Virus record (IMG/VR): IMGVR_UViG_3300019472_000035
Span: 4,696-68,695 of that record
Source: a virus
Length of the DNA stretch: 64,000 bases
Direction: 5' to 3' (one strand)
In this document: piece by piece, positions 20,203 through 29,276 of the stretch
Layout: every line of letters starts with the position of its first letter
How positions within the stretch are numbered: the stretch's first letter is position 1
Notes under the pieces: generated by a model
Databases searched by the model: none
What the model saw: only the letters and a program-made list of their open reading frames with translations
Told to the model about the DNA's origin: nothing
Translations under genes and position numbers: made by a program

Positions 20203-21285
20203 ATGCCAAACGAAGAAGCAATCCAAAAAATGTCTATTGTTGACCCAATTCAAGTCAACGTCAACATTCCAAACTTTGAGGGAAAACCCGGGAGAGATGG
20301 TACAGATGGTCGAGATGGTGACGATGCATACCGTATTGCCGTCCGTAACGGTTTCTTGGGTACAGAAAAAGAATGGTTACTAACACTAAAGGGTCAAGAT
20401 GGTAAATCCGCATCTGCACCTACGGCACGACAAACGTTGTTACAAAACAATGTATGGTGCGAAGATGATACCGTGGATTCCGTGTTTACTGCCATTATTG
20501 GCAACTGGGGAAAACCATTGCCACGTACAGATTATCGACCAATAGCTTTACAGTCCACAGTATTGGTTGGTTCACCAAATATAACATTTAGTGGCGAGCC
20601 TCATTTCAAAGTAAAGATTGACAATAAAACCGTTGAATTTAACTCTACTGGACTTGCTGATGTGACTGTTTCAAGTTCTAATACTGGTGATTCCTATGTG
20701 GCACAATACTTTGGATATATTGACAATCATCTCTCGGATATTAATGTTGCTTTTGGCAATTTAAGTTCTATATTCAGTAAAGGCTCTCTAGTTGAAACAA
20801 CAGAACTTAGTGTAAGTTCAGATAGTCCAGTTAGAGTTTCAATTTATGATAACAAGGTTGTCGAGTTAGTTCATACAGGTAGCAACCTTGATTTGCAACC
20901 AACACTAGATGCGAATAAAATCAAAACAATCAAAGATTATGTGTTAACAAAAATTAGCGACATAGACACATTAATCATTGACGATGTACTTACTAGCCAA
21001 ATGTGGATACCTTTTGCTGCATCCGCTCTTAATGAAATTGCACGAGGTATTGGACATGGCGTAAATCTTAAGATTGATTTATCTTATTATAAAGAGCAAG
21101 GATATGCACGTGATGAAGAAAGAATATTCACCTCTGTAGAAACAAGCAATAGATACTCTGCTCCTTATATTGGTAAAGCATTGCAAATTGGTACATCAAA
21201 TGTAATGATTTTTAAACCTACAGGCTTTAATATCATCTACCGATTTACTCCAAATACAATCCTTGAATCTCAAGACTCTCTATAA
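20203..21285 (+). CDS. tail fibre protein with collagen-like G-X-Y repeat
   Basis: ATG at 20203 after AAAGGAG. N-terminal GKPGRDGTDGRDGDD collagen-like triplets. A hairpin follows the stop. Confidence 0.45.
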   Translation: MPNEEAIQKMSIVDPIQVNVNIPNFEGKPGRDGTDGRDGDDAYRIAVRNGFLGTEKEWLLTLKGQDGKSASAPTARQTLLQNNVWCEDDTVDSVFTAIIGNWGKPLPRTDYRPIALQSTVLVGSPNITFSGEPHFKVKIDNKTVEFNSTGLADVTVSSSNTGDSYVAQYFGYIDNHLSDINVAFGNLSSIFSKGSLVETTELSVSSDSPVRVSIYDNKVVELVHTGSNLDLQPTLDANKIKTIKDYVLTKISDIDTLIIDDVLTSQMWIPFAASALNEIARGIGHGVNLKIDLSYYKEQGYARDEERIFTSVETSNRYSAPYIGKALQIGTSNVMIFKPTGFNIIYRFTPNTILESQDSL

Positions 21286-21295
21286 AAAACACAAG

Positions 21296-21319
21296 GGGAT
21301 ACAAACCAATGTATCCCCA
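21296..21319 (+). terminator. hairpin after the fibre gene (weak terminator)
   Basis: GGGGATACA-AACCAA-TGTATCCCC followed by AATATTTT. Confidence 0.35.
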
Positions 21320-21354
21320 ATATTTTCACAAAATCTCTTATAGAAAGGACATCA

Positions 21355-21624
21355 ATGGAAATACTAACAATGGTATCTCTCATATGTGGTATCTTGGCAT
21401 CTGTTGGGGCAATCATAGGGGTTATCTTCAAGTTTGTAATCATTAACCCTTTAAAGGTGTCAATCGACAATCTAACTAAAGTTGTTGAAACCATATTGAA
21501 AGATATAGAAACAGGTCGAGTAGACCGATACAATCAAGCCATACGTTTAACATCTATAGAATCAGATGTTCGACACTTGGATTCTCGCATGGAGTCCATT
21601 GAGGAATCCTTGAAAGGGCGGTGA
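21355..21624 (+). CDS. small membrane protein (N-terminal TM plus coiled coil)
   Basis: N-terminal hydrophobic segment LICGILASVGAIIGVIF. Confidence 0.3.
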   Translation: MEILTMVSLICGILASVGAIIGVIFKFVIINPLKVSIDNLTKVVETILKDIETGRVDRYNQAIRLTSIESDVRHLDSRMESIEESLKGR

Positions 21625-21629
21625 TACCA

Positions 21630-22001
21630 ATGAATAACATTATTGATTCAATCAAGGGTTATTACACCAAAGTACGAACCGCCCATATTAACATCAAATC
21701 ACTACAGTTTGTAAAGTTTGTGATTACAACCTCGTTCATCCCAATATTTATGTACTTGGGTGTTTGGTTGTACGCAATCTATGCAATGCACGTTGGTTTA
21801 AACGTAACAATTCTGGTTTCTCTATTGTCGGAATTACGATTATTCGTATCCGTAATCTTCTCAACACAGACTGTTGCTGGCGTACTTGCGTATGGCGTGG
21901 CTTTAATTGATTCAGATGGCAATGGAGAATCCGATGAATTAGATGCTAAAGCACACGCACAATCCACTTCTAGTATTAACACCACAGGAGATACAAAATG
22001 A
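21630..22001 (+). CDS. holin (multi-TM)
   Basis: ATG at 21630. Two or three hydrophobic helices and an acidic C-terminus. Immediately upstream of the endolysin. Confidence 0.4.
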   Translation: MNNIIDSIKGYYTKVRTAHINIKSLQFVKFVITTSFIPIFMYLGVWLYAIYAMHVGLNVTILVSLLSELRLFVSVIFSTQTVAGVLAYGVALIDSDGNGESDELDAKAHAQSTSSINTTGDTK

Positions 22002-22576
22002 GAACCATCGAAAAAGACGAACTAATGAGTATGGCTACAAGTGCAAGGGGTTATATCGACCATATATACTTGCATTGGTCTGCTGGTCACTACAACCAAA
22101 GCCATACCGATAAATACCACATTTGTATTGACAAAGACGGTAAAATGTATACCGATGTTGATTTACTAACGGAATACCGTGACCATACGTATATGCGAAA
22201 CAGTCGTGCCATCGGTATCACTTTGAACGGTTGCTGGGATGCCATCAATCCGACAAACATGGGTACAGAACCACCGACTGAACAACAAATTTACGCCCTC
22301 AGCTGGCTGGTAGCATTATTGTGTATTCAAATCGGTATTCCATTGGACATCCAACACGTAATGACTCATGCGGAAGCCGCAGATAATAAAGATGGTATGG
22401 ACTTGTGTTACAACGACCCAACGCCATACCCAAACAATACTTACGGTCCAGATTCCACGTGTGAACGATGGGATTTATGGGTTTTACACGAGAATGACCA
22501 ACCGTGGTCTGGTGGCGACAACATTCGTGGTAACGCACGATACATCGCACATAATGAATGGGGTATTGACATATGA
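21998..22576 (+). CDS. endolysin, N-acetylmuramoyl-L-alanine amidase (amidase_2/PGRP-like)
   Basis: HWSAGH ... NSRAIGITLNG ... THAEAADNK ... C motifs, as in T7-lysozyme-type zinc amidases. Confidence 0.7.
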   Translation: MRTIEKDELMSMATSARGYIDHIYLHWSAGHYNQSHTDKYHICIDKDGKMYTDVDLLTEYRDHTYMRNSRAIGITLNGCWDAINPTNMGTEPPTEQQIYALSWLVALLCIQIGIPLDIQHVMTHAEAADNKDGMDLCYNDPTPYPNNTYGPDSTCERWDLWVLHENDQPWSGGDNIRGNARYIAHNEWGIDI

Positions 22577-22839
22577 TGCATTACAAAGTTGCAAAACCAC
22601 CATTAATGAAAACGATTGGTACTGTGTTTGCGGTATGTTTAATTGGTTTGTTCGTGTGTGTATATCTACTGTTTAGCGGTATACACGCACATGAACAACA
22701 ATTGCGACAAACCGAAATTGAATTGCATAAAACACAATTGGAACTACAGGTGACACGACATGAGCGTTCAATGTTACAAAACAAAGTAAACGTGTTGGAG
22801 AACATTGAATACGAACGTGGAACAATTGTTAAACCATAA
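22573..22839 (+). CDS. spanin-like protein (N-terminal TM plus coiled coil)
   Basis: TM VFAVCLIGLFVCVYLLF followed by a Q/L-rich coiled coil. Confidence 0.35.
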   Translation: MMHYKVAKPPLMKTIGTVFAVCLIGLFVCVYLLFSGIHAHEQQLRQTEIELHKTQLELQVTRHERSMLQNKVNVLENIEYERGTIVKP

Positions 22840-22849
22840 CGGAGAAACA

Positions 22850-23302
22850 ATGAATGAACAAATTAAAACATATATTCGGTCAAATCCAAAGTATTCGATT
22901 TGGATTGCTATTGGGGTTCTTATGTTTATTGCCATTGGGTTATTCTTATGGACAAGCTCCTCTAGTAACATTGACACAACACCAATACAAAACGCTACAA
23001 GAGAACTTGACAACTCTAAACAGTACAATCGACAATCAATTGAGTACAATCAACGAATTGGAAATGCAGTTACAAGCAGCCAAGTTATCAACGAGCGAAT
23101 CGAACAAACAATTGATGGAAGCATCAACGCTAATCGTAGAACAACGGAAGCAATTGACCGAAGCACAGAACTTGTTAAAGCAGCAAGAACAGACGCTGCA
23201 AACGCAAAGAATCTCATTAGAGAAAGCCGAAATATACTTAACGCAGCAAAAAGAGATAATCAAGAAAGCACAACGGAGTCAACAACGAGCCAAACTCATT
23301 AA
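22850..23302 (+). CDS. i-spanin-like type II membrane protein (frame A of overlapping pair)
   Basis: ATG at 22850 shares the GGAGAAAC RBS. N-terminal TM IWIAIGVLMFIAIGLFLW, then a polar helical domain. Confidence 0.35.
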   Translation: MNEQIKTYIRSNPKYSIWIAIGVLMFIAIGLFLWTSSSSNIDTTPIQNATRELDNSKQYNRQSIEYNQRIGNAVTSSQVINERIEQTIDGSINANRRTTEAIDRSTELVKAARTDAANAKNLIRESRNILNAAKRDNQESTTESTTSQTH

Positions 23303-23345
23303 TGTGTTATTGGGTGCAACGGTTGTATATCTTGCGGTTAAATGA
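22854..23345 (+). CDS. signal-peptide / coiled-coil / C-terminal TM protein (frame B, +1 relative to frame A)
   Basis: ATG 4 nt after the frame-A start. N-terminal signal FGLLLGFLCLLPLGYSYG. Gln/Leu coiled coil. C-terminal hydrophobic LINVLLGATVVYLAV. Confidence 0.3.
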   Translation: MNKLKHIFGQIQSIRFGLLLGFLCLLPLGYSYGQAPLVTLTQHQYKTLQENLTTLNSTIDNQLSTINELEMQLQAAKLSTSESNKQLMEASTLIVEQRKQLTEAQNLLKQQEQTLQTQRISLEKAEIYLTQQKEIIKKAQRSQQRAKLINVLLGATVVYLAVK

Positions 23346-23417
23346 TTGGATGGTGGTCTAATTATCTCTACAGTATACAGTAGCGGATGTATACAAATTC
23401 TCTGATATAAAACAAAT

Positions 23418-23453
23418 GGGGATATACCTTAGTTGGTATATCCCCATTTTTTT
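23418..23453. terminator. bidirectional terminator between convergent lysis genes and polymerase
   Basis: GGGGATATACC-TTAGTT-GGTATATCCCC. Flanked by an A-run upstream and a T-run downstream. Confidence 0.6.
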
Positions 23454-23465
23454 GCGTTTATACGG

Positions 23466-26400
23466 TTATTTCTTTAATTCCAATGGTTTCATCTTGGTGA
23501 TACAATCGCCACGTAATTGGATGTAATACCCAACACCAGCTTTCATTTCAACCAAGTATGAAGACCACATAACATACTTGTTCCCCAGATGGTCAAACAC
23601 ATATGCCATTGGTTTACCAGTCTTGGTTGTTCTTTGTTTGAAATCAGAAACGATAATCGCCTTGACATCACGACCGTTTGCCAATTCTGTGTTATATTCC
23701 ATTAATGGGTTCTCAAAAGAACACCCAAGGTATTTATACCTGAGCGAAGCTAGAGGGGTCTTAGCGGTCAAATCTGGCGATTCTAGGAGGGTTATGGAGT
23801 CATACTTAGATGTCCATTCTTGGATTTTCTTTTGTATGTTTGCTAATTTCTTTTCCATGGATTGTAATTGCTTTGGTGTTGCCGTTGGTGATTCTGTTTG
23901 TATCAACTGTTGGTGGTCACGCAATTTATGATTCCATTCGTCAATCTTATTTTGTGCGTTCTTGCGGTCACTATCGAATGACTTATACTTGGGAATTAAT
24001 GCCATGAGTTCATTTGTTTCCCCCAAGAAGTCTAATGCACCACTACCAACTAAACCCTCTAGTTGCAACTTAGTGTATTTACTAAAGATGGCATCTATTG
24101 TATACTCTTGTGGTTTCTCAATCTTGTTGATGCCTTTGATGTACGCAAGACCTACACGAATGGCATTACCATCGACTGACCACTGGCGGTCACTATGGCG
24201 TAAATCTGGTGGTAATATCTCGATTCCCTTGCGTTTAATCTCTTGGATATACGGCAAGATTTTCTCTTGGTTGCCATCTTCGGAGTTGATGGTTGCAACA
24301 TAAAATTCCAACGGATAATGGGTCTTTAAGTATGCCGTTATGTATGCCATGTAGCCGTATGATTGACTGTGAGCCTTGTTAAATCCATAACTTGCCGCTG
24401 CAATAATCATATCCAAGATTTGTTTCGCCACATCTTTATCTGTTCCGTTCGCAACCGCACGGTCAACAAATTCTGCCGTAATCTCTTGCATTAAATCGTG
24501 GTCTTTTTTACCAACCGCACGTCTTACGGTATCGGCTTCCGCCATTGAATACCCAGCGATAATCTGACATACACGCATGATTTGTTCTTGGAATACCATA
24601 ATCCCATATGTTTCACCCAATGGTTCTTCTAATCGTTCATCCAAGTATTCAAACGGTTTGCCTTGTCTGCGTTCGATATACTCATCCAACATACCTGTTA
24701 AAATACACGCTGGTCGGTACAATGCTACTACGGCGATTAAATCAACAAAATTCTTTGGTGCAATACTTTTGAGAGTTCTAATCATTCCCGGTGATTTCAT
24801 TTGAAACACACCAAGCGTGTCACCCTTACATAACAAATCCAACGTAGGCTTATCATCCCAAGGTAATTTTGCTAAGTCAAGACTATCTTTGACACCAGCC
24901 ATCGTTACACAATCATTGATTACATCCAAGGTTCTAAGACCAAGAATATCCTCTTTTAGAAAACCCATTGATTCTAAATGTTTAAAGTTTGTAGATGCCA
25001 CAAATGTTTCTTCTTTTGTTTTAGAATCTTTTTGCATTTCTAAAGAACAATACTTGGTAATATCTTGGTTTGACACAATGACTGCCGATGCATGTTTCCC
25101 AAAGCCAGTCATGATACCAACCAGTTTCTTAGCGAGTTCAAATAGCTCTGGATGCTTACCATCGTTTACATGGTCTAACTTAGCATACTCTAGGTCGTTA
25201 TCGTGATAATCTTCATCATCATCAAATGAAACATCCTTAATTTTCTTTGAGTATGCATCTGCAATGGTATGGTCTACACCTAGACATCGTGCGGCTTCTT
25301 TTAAAGCACCAGATGCTTTCATGTATGAAAATGTACGACATTGGTATACATATTTATATTTTTCTTCAAGATATTGAATGACTTCTCCACGTCTTACCTT
25401 AGAACAATCGTTGTCAACGTCTGGGGGTGATACACGATTTGGGTTTGCAAACCGTTCAAAGTACAGATTGTTCGTAATAGCATCCAAAGATGTAATATCG
25501 AGTAAATATGCACATTCGCATCCTCCGACCGAACCACGCCCATGACCAACTGGGATGTCACGCTTACGACAAGCATCGAGAATATCTTTGGTTATCAACA
25601 GATAATCCATATACCCAACTTGTTCCAGAATATTAATCTCGTGTGGAACACGTTCGTCAACACGTTTTTTAAACTCTGGTGTGACCTTGCCGATAATCTT
25701 TTGTTTATATCCGTCACGCAAAGCCTGTAAAAACACAGGTTTTACATCCCCATCTTTAACATACTTTGGGTATACATCAAGGTCAAAATCAACCTGTGCG
25801 TTACATTTGTCAAAAATAACATTGGTATTCTTAACCATCGTTTCAACCATATCAATACCGAATTGCGGATACAGACGGTCAAACACTTGTGCTTTCGATT
25901 GGATAAAGAAGTCGTTTGAACCATAATATTGGTCTTCATCATCATCTTGTGAACGACCACGGAACGCTTTATGTAAAGCATAGTCTTCCTCATGAACATA
26001 ATGGCTATCGCAAGCTGCAATCAATGGTACATCATATTTTGCACCCATTTCTGCAACCATTGCATTAAAACGCTTTTGGTCTTCATGTTGATACGTATGG
26101 ATTTCAAAATACAAGTCGTCACCGAAGATGTCTTTGAACTGCGGAATTAAAGACTCACGGTTATCACCTTTTAGCCATCCACCCATGCAAGCAGATGTAC
26201 AGATTAAACCCTCGGAGTACTGCTTGATTATATCAAGGTCAATTCTTGACTTGTAATAATAATGTCGATGTGCTTCCGTTGTCAATCTAAACAGGTTTTC
26301 AAGACCAACTTGATTCTTCGCAAGAAACAATATATGTGAATACGATTTATCTTTGATGGTCACATCATACGTATAGTACAACTCTGACCCCATCAACAGT

Positions 26401-26612
26401 TTCAAATTCGTGTTGTGTTTCTTGTTATATTTCTGTAGATGCACATATGTGTCAATCAATCCAGAGCAACCGTTATGGTCTGTCAATGCAAAACCACGTT
26501 GCCCCAATTCGTGTACACGCTGGATGATGCCATCTACGGAACTGATTGCATCTTTCATCCCATAGTTTGAAAACTGTGAGTGTAGATGCGTATGAATAAA
26601 GTTATCCGCCAT
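23466..26612 (-). CDS. dnaE: DNA polymerase III alpha subunit-like replicative polymerase (PHP domain N-terminus)
   Basis: 1048 aa. N-terminal HTHLHSQFS...LTDHNG PHP motif. Large polymerase core. C-terminal OB-like region. Confidence 0.85.
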   Translation of the reverse strand: MADNFIHTHLHSQFSNYGMKDAISSVDGIIQRVHELGQRGFALTDHNGCSGLIDTYVHLQKYNKKHNTNLKLLMGSELYYTYDVTIKDKSYSHILFLAKNQVGLENLFRLTTEAHRHYYYKSRIDLDIIKQYSEGLICTSACMGGWLKGDNRESLIPQFKDIFGDDLYFEIHTYQHEDQKRFNAMVAEMGAKYDVPLIAACDSHYVHEEDYALHKAFRGRSQDDDEDQYYGSNDFFIQSKAQVFDRLYPQFGIDMVETMVKNTNVIFDKCNAQVDFDLDVYPKYVKDGDVKPVFLQALRDGYKQKIIGKVTPEFKKRVDERVPHEINILEQVGYMDYLLITKDILDACRKRDIPVGHGRGSVGGCECAYLLDITSLDAITNNLYFERFANPNRVSPPDVDNDCSKVRRGEVIQYLEEKYKYVYQCRTFSYMKASGALKEAARCLGVDHTIADAYSKKIKDVSFDDDEDYHDNDLEYAKLDHVNDGKHPELFELAKKLVGIMTGFGKHASAVIVSNQDITKYCSLEMQKDSKTKEETFVASTNFKHLESMGFLKEDILGLRTLDVINDCVTMAGVKDSLDLAKLPWDDKPTLDLLCKGDTLGVFQMKSPGMIRTLKSIAPKNFVDLIAVVALYRPACILTGMLDEYIERRQGKPFEYLDERLEEPLGETYGIMVFQEQIMRVCQIIAGYSMAEADTVRRAVGKKDHDLMQEITAEFVDRAVANGTDKDVAKQILDMIIAAASYGFNKAHSQSYGYMAYITAYLKTHYPLEFYVATINSEDGNQEKILPYIQEIKRKGIEILPPDLRHSDRQWSVDGNAIRVGLAYIKGINKIEKPQEYTIDAIFSKYTKLQLEGLVGSGALDFLGETNELMALIPKYKSFDSDRKNAQNKIDEWNHKLRDHQQLIQTESPTATPKQLQSMEKKLANIQKKIQEWTSKYDSITLLESPDLTAKTPLASLRYKYLGCSFENPLMEYNTELANGRDVKAIIVSDFKQRTTKTGKPMAYVFDHLGNKYVMWSSYLVEMKAGVGYYIQLRGDCITKMKPLELKK

Positions 26613-26646
26613 ATTTTACCTCCGATGAAAATTCTTAAATTCACTA

Positions 26647-26676
26647 TTGACAGTATACCACAACTTGTGCGATAAT
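26647..26676 (+). promoter_or_regulatory. sigma70-like promoter upstream of ssb
   Basis: TTGACA with an 18-nt spacer to GATAAT, in the divergent intergenic region. Confidence 0.35.
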
Positions 26677-26734
26677 ACAAGTGCGGAAAGTTTTACCGCA
26701 AAAGTATTTTTCCACAGAAAAGGAACAAAAGAAT

Positions 26735-27337
26735 ATGGCAAAAGAAAAACCACTTGACAAGATTACTGATGTAATGACACCTGTTGGTGAATCTGTGTTT
26801 GTGAAAATCAATGGGGTTATTGACGACTTCGCTGGTGGTCGCAAGTATACGGTAACGATGCACTTGGACGATGCAGATGCAGAAGCCTTGAAAGAAAAGT
26901 TGGTTAAAATCTGGGAGTCTTCCAACACTTGCAAACAACGTGAAGAAAACGGTAAAGAAACAGACCGTCCAACATTCACTTTGACCAAGAAAAAAGACTA
27001 TGGATACCAATTAAAGGCATCTACGCAAGTAGAGTTCACCGACAAAAATGGTGACACACGTGAGAATGTGGTACGTTTGGTTGACGGTGATAAAAAACCA
27101 ATGGATGAAAAGACTGCTATCTGGAGTGGCTCTAAGATTGCCCTTTGGATTGGTGTACGTCCATACGAAACTGCTATGATGTACGGTGTATCTCTCAAAC
27201 TCAAAGGCATTCAAGTCATTGACCTTGTGACTGGTGGTGCTGGTGGTGATTTCGGTGGCTCTGCATCCGATGATGTTGGCTCTTATGGTTCTTCCATGAG
27301 TGACACATTTGACACTTCCGAAGACATCCCATTCTAA
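26735..27337 (+). CDS. ssb: single-stranded DNA-binding protein
   Basis: Gly-rich flexible region and the acidic C-terminal tail SEDIPF, matching the DDDIPF hallmark of bacterial SSB. Confidence 0.6.
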   Translation: MAKEKPLDKITDVMTPVGESVFVKINGVIDDFAGGRKYTVTMHLDDADAEALKEKLVKIWESSNTCKQREENGKETDRPTFTLTKKKDYGYQLKASTQVEFTDKNGDTRENVVRLVDGDKKPMDEKTAIWSGSKIALWIGVRPYETAMMYGVSLKLKGIQVIDLVTGGAGGDFGGSASDDVGSYGSSMSDTFDTSEDIPF

Positions 27338-27521
27338 CAAAAGAATTACCTTGGTCTACAACAGAATATTGAGAACTAAAATCAACCCAAGTCAAATACG
27401 GCTTGGGTCTTTTGGCGTTCAATCAATGGTTGCATATTCTACACAAAACATACGATTAAAATTCATAAAAATACATAAGAAAATCACTTGACAAAATTAG
27501 ACTTTTGTGATACCCTATCAA

Positions 27522-27672
27522 ACCTAAGTTTAAAACATAAGAAAATACTATAGTTTACCCTCCTATGTGAAAACAAAAGTTTCATACAAGGGTTTTCTCT
27601 CTTATGTTTTTCACCTAGGTTTAAAACTTATGTCCATACCTAAGGTATGCTCCTAGGGTTAAAAACATAAGT
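27522..27672 (+). repeat. iteron cluster (3 direct copies of CCTA(A/G)GKTTAAAAC-TAAG plus 15-bp palindrome)
   Basis: Copies at 27522-27541, 27613-27632 and 27652-27672. Palindrome CATACCTAAGGTATG at 27636-27650. A 15-bp-arm hairpin and GC hairpins at 27690-27790. Confidence 0.5.
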
Positions 27673-27873
27673 GAATACTTGTTTGGTTATCTTTTGTATT
27701 CTTCACTTACGTTCAGAAATACAAAAGATAACACGAAACTGGAGAAAACGGCAAAGCCGTAACCGCCCTTGGCGGTTGTTACAGGTCAGATAATAATTTG
27801 TGTTGACTTGTCCATTTACGTATGGTACAATGTATGTGTATCAAGTCGGAAAGAAATGAAAGGAGGTCATACA

Positions 27874-28215
27874 ATGACTGCACAAAACTTTATCGACAAG
27901 GACTTTAAGAAGAAAGCATGGACACTTGCTATGATGTACTTCAAGAAATGTACAACCAATGGTGCGTTCCATAACGGCAAACCGTCTTCGGAATTTTTTA
28001 AAGTCCGTTCGTTCTTCATGCAGATTGACGAAAACTCAATGTTGAAACTGTACAAGTACATGGATACACTAGAGAAAACAGAAATGTCACTTACCGATGT
28101 GTTCATTGCAGCAAACGCACTTAATTCACAACAGTTCGCAAAGAAGAATACGAATACGGTTGTTCGTGAACGACAAGCCTTTGATTTAGAGAAGTGGTTT
28201 GACGATAATGCGTAA
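27874..28215 (+). CDS. hypothetical protein
   Basis: ATG at 27874 after AAAGGAGG. Confidence 0.3.
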   Translation: MTAQNFIDKDFKKKAWTLAMMYFKKCTTNGAFHNGKPSSEFFKVRSFFMQIDENSMLKLYKYMDTLEKTEMSLTDVFIAANALNSQQFAKKNTNTVVRERQAFDLEKWFDDNA

Positions 28216-28636
28216 AGTCAAACAACTTGGATTTTTGGTCGTGAACAAACAACAACCAAAACCAAAACGATACATCAGACGATTAACCGTCAACGGTCTA
28301 ATCAGACGAAAGAAACTTTTTAGATTTTGGTATACCTTGAATTGCACGAAAGAAGAAGATATTTTGACTGCATTAAAAGAACCAAAAGCAGTTGTTATCT
28401 TTGATGCGTTTGCCGTTGGTTCTCTCATTAGACTAACCTTGAATGGGCGTGTCGAGTCACATACGCTAAATTCTGACAACTGTACATTCGGTTGGTACAA
28501 GCGATGCATTACAACGTATTTGTTCATTGTTGACCATAATAGGAATCGCACATTTGTATTTGGTCACAAAAAACGTAAGATTACCACAGAACGAGAATTA
28601 TGGGAATCAAGCGATATAAATTATTGGGGGGCATAA
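28208..28636 (+). CDS. basic protein (hypothetical, possible DNA-binding)
   Basis: Lys/Arg-rich N-terminus KQQPKPKRYIRRLTVNGLIRRKK. Confidence 0.3.
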   Translation: MRKVKQLGFLVVNKQQPKPKRYIRRLTVNGLIRRKKLFRFWYTLNCTKEEDILTALKEPKAVVIFDAFAVGSLIRLTLNGRVESHTLNSDNCTFGWYKRCITTYLFIVDHNRNRTFVFGHKKRKITTERELWESSDINYWGA

Positions 28637-28637
28637 C

Positions 28638-29276
28638 ATGGATTCATTTATTCGACTACAACTGACAACGGCAACGATTGTCAGACATAATCTAATACAT
28701 CTGTTGGAGTTTATACGGATAAACCATATCAGTTCAATTCAGAAAACGGAAGATGGCTGGCTGGTATTGGAAAACGATAAAAACGCATGGACACGTAGGG
28801 CAACTGATTATACGTTCATTGGTATTAATGATGTTCTTCCAGATGGTGTTATATCGGTTGAAAACTTTTACCAAAATAGATATGAGTTCTTAGACAAGAT
28901 ATTTACAGTCAACGAAGATATATCCCAAGCGATATACACTTTGTATGATGCTTTAATCAAGCTGGCGAATATCTACCAAGAGCCATACAATCCAAAGGAT
29001 ACATTGTTCTTGTATGACCATGCATCCATCTATAGTCTTGACAATAGCGGAGAACAACACTTTGTTACACACATTGAGAATGTACCAAAATACATTCCAT
29101 TCAAACAAGTGTGTCAAGACAAAGATATTATCTCGGTAAGAACGGCAGTCAGTCAACTGTATGATTTGAAATGTTGTATTGACCCATCTATTGACTATGA
29201 GATGCAACAACAGTTAAGAACACTACAGGAGGAATACCCAGATGAATACAATTTCAACCTTAAAGTACAAGATTGA
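28638..29276 (+). CDS. hypothetical protein upstream of primase
   Basis: 212 aa ORF. Confidence 0.3.
   Translation: MDSFIRLQLTTATIVRHNLIHLLEFIRINHISSIQKTEDGWLVLENDKNAWTRRATDYTFIGINDVLPDGVISVENFYQNRYEFLDKIFTVNEDISQAIYTLYDALIKLANIYQEPYNPKDTLFLYDHASIYSLDNSGEQHFVTHIENVPKYIPFKQVCQDKDIISVRTAVSQLYDLKCCIDPSIDYEMQQQLRTLQEEYPDEYNFNLKVQD

Noticed and set aside
22805-22849. Upstream TTG start (22805) for spanin frame A given in the ORF track
   Set aside because: It would overlap the preceding gene by 35 nt with no RBS. The ATG at 22850 sits 6-8 nt after GGAGAAAC and is far more plausible.
23036-23263. Cys-rich 75-aa minus-strand ORF inside the overlapping spanin region
   Set aside because: The region is T-poor on the + strand, so stops are rare in all frames. 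There are no expression signals, and a third overlapping gene is implausible.
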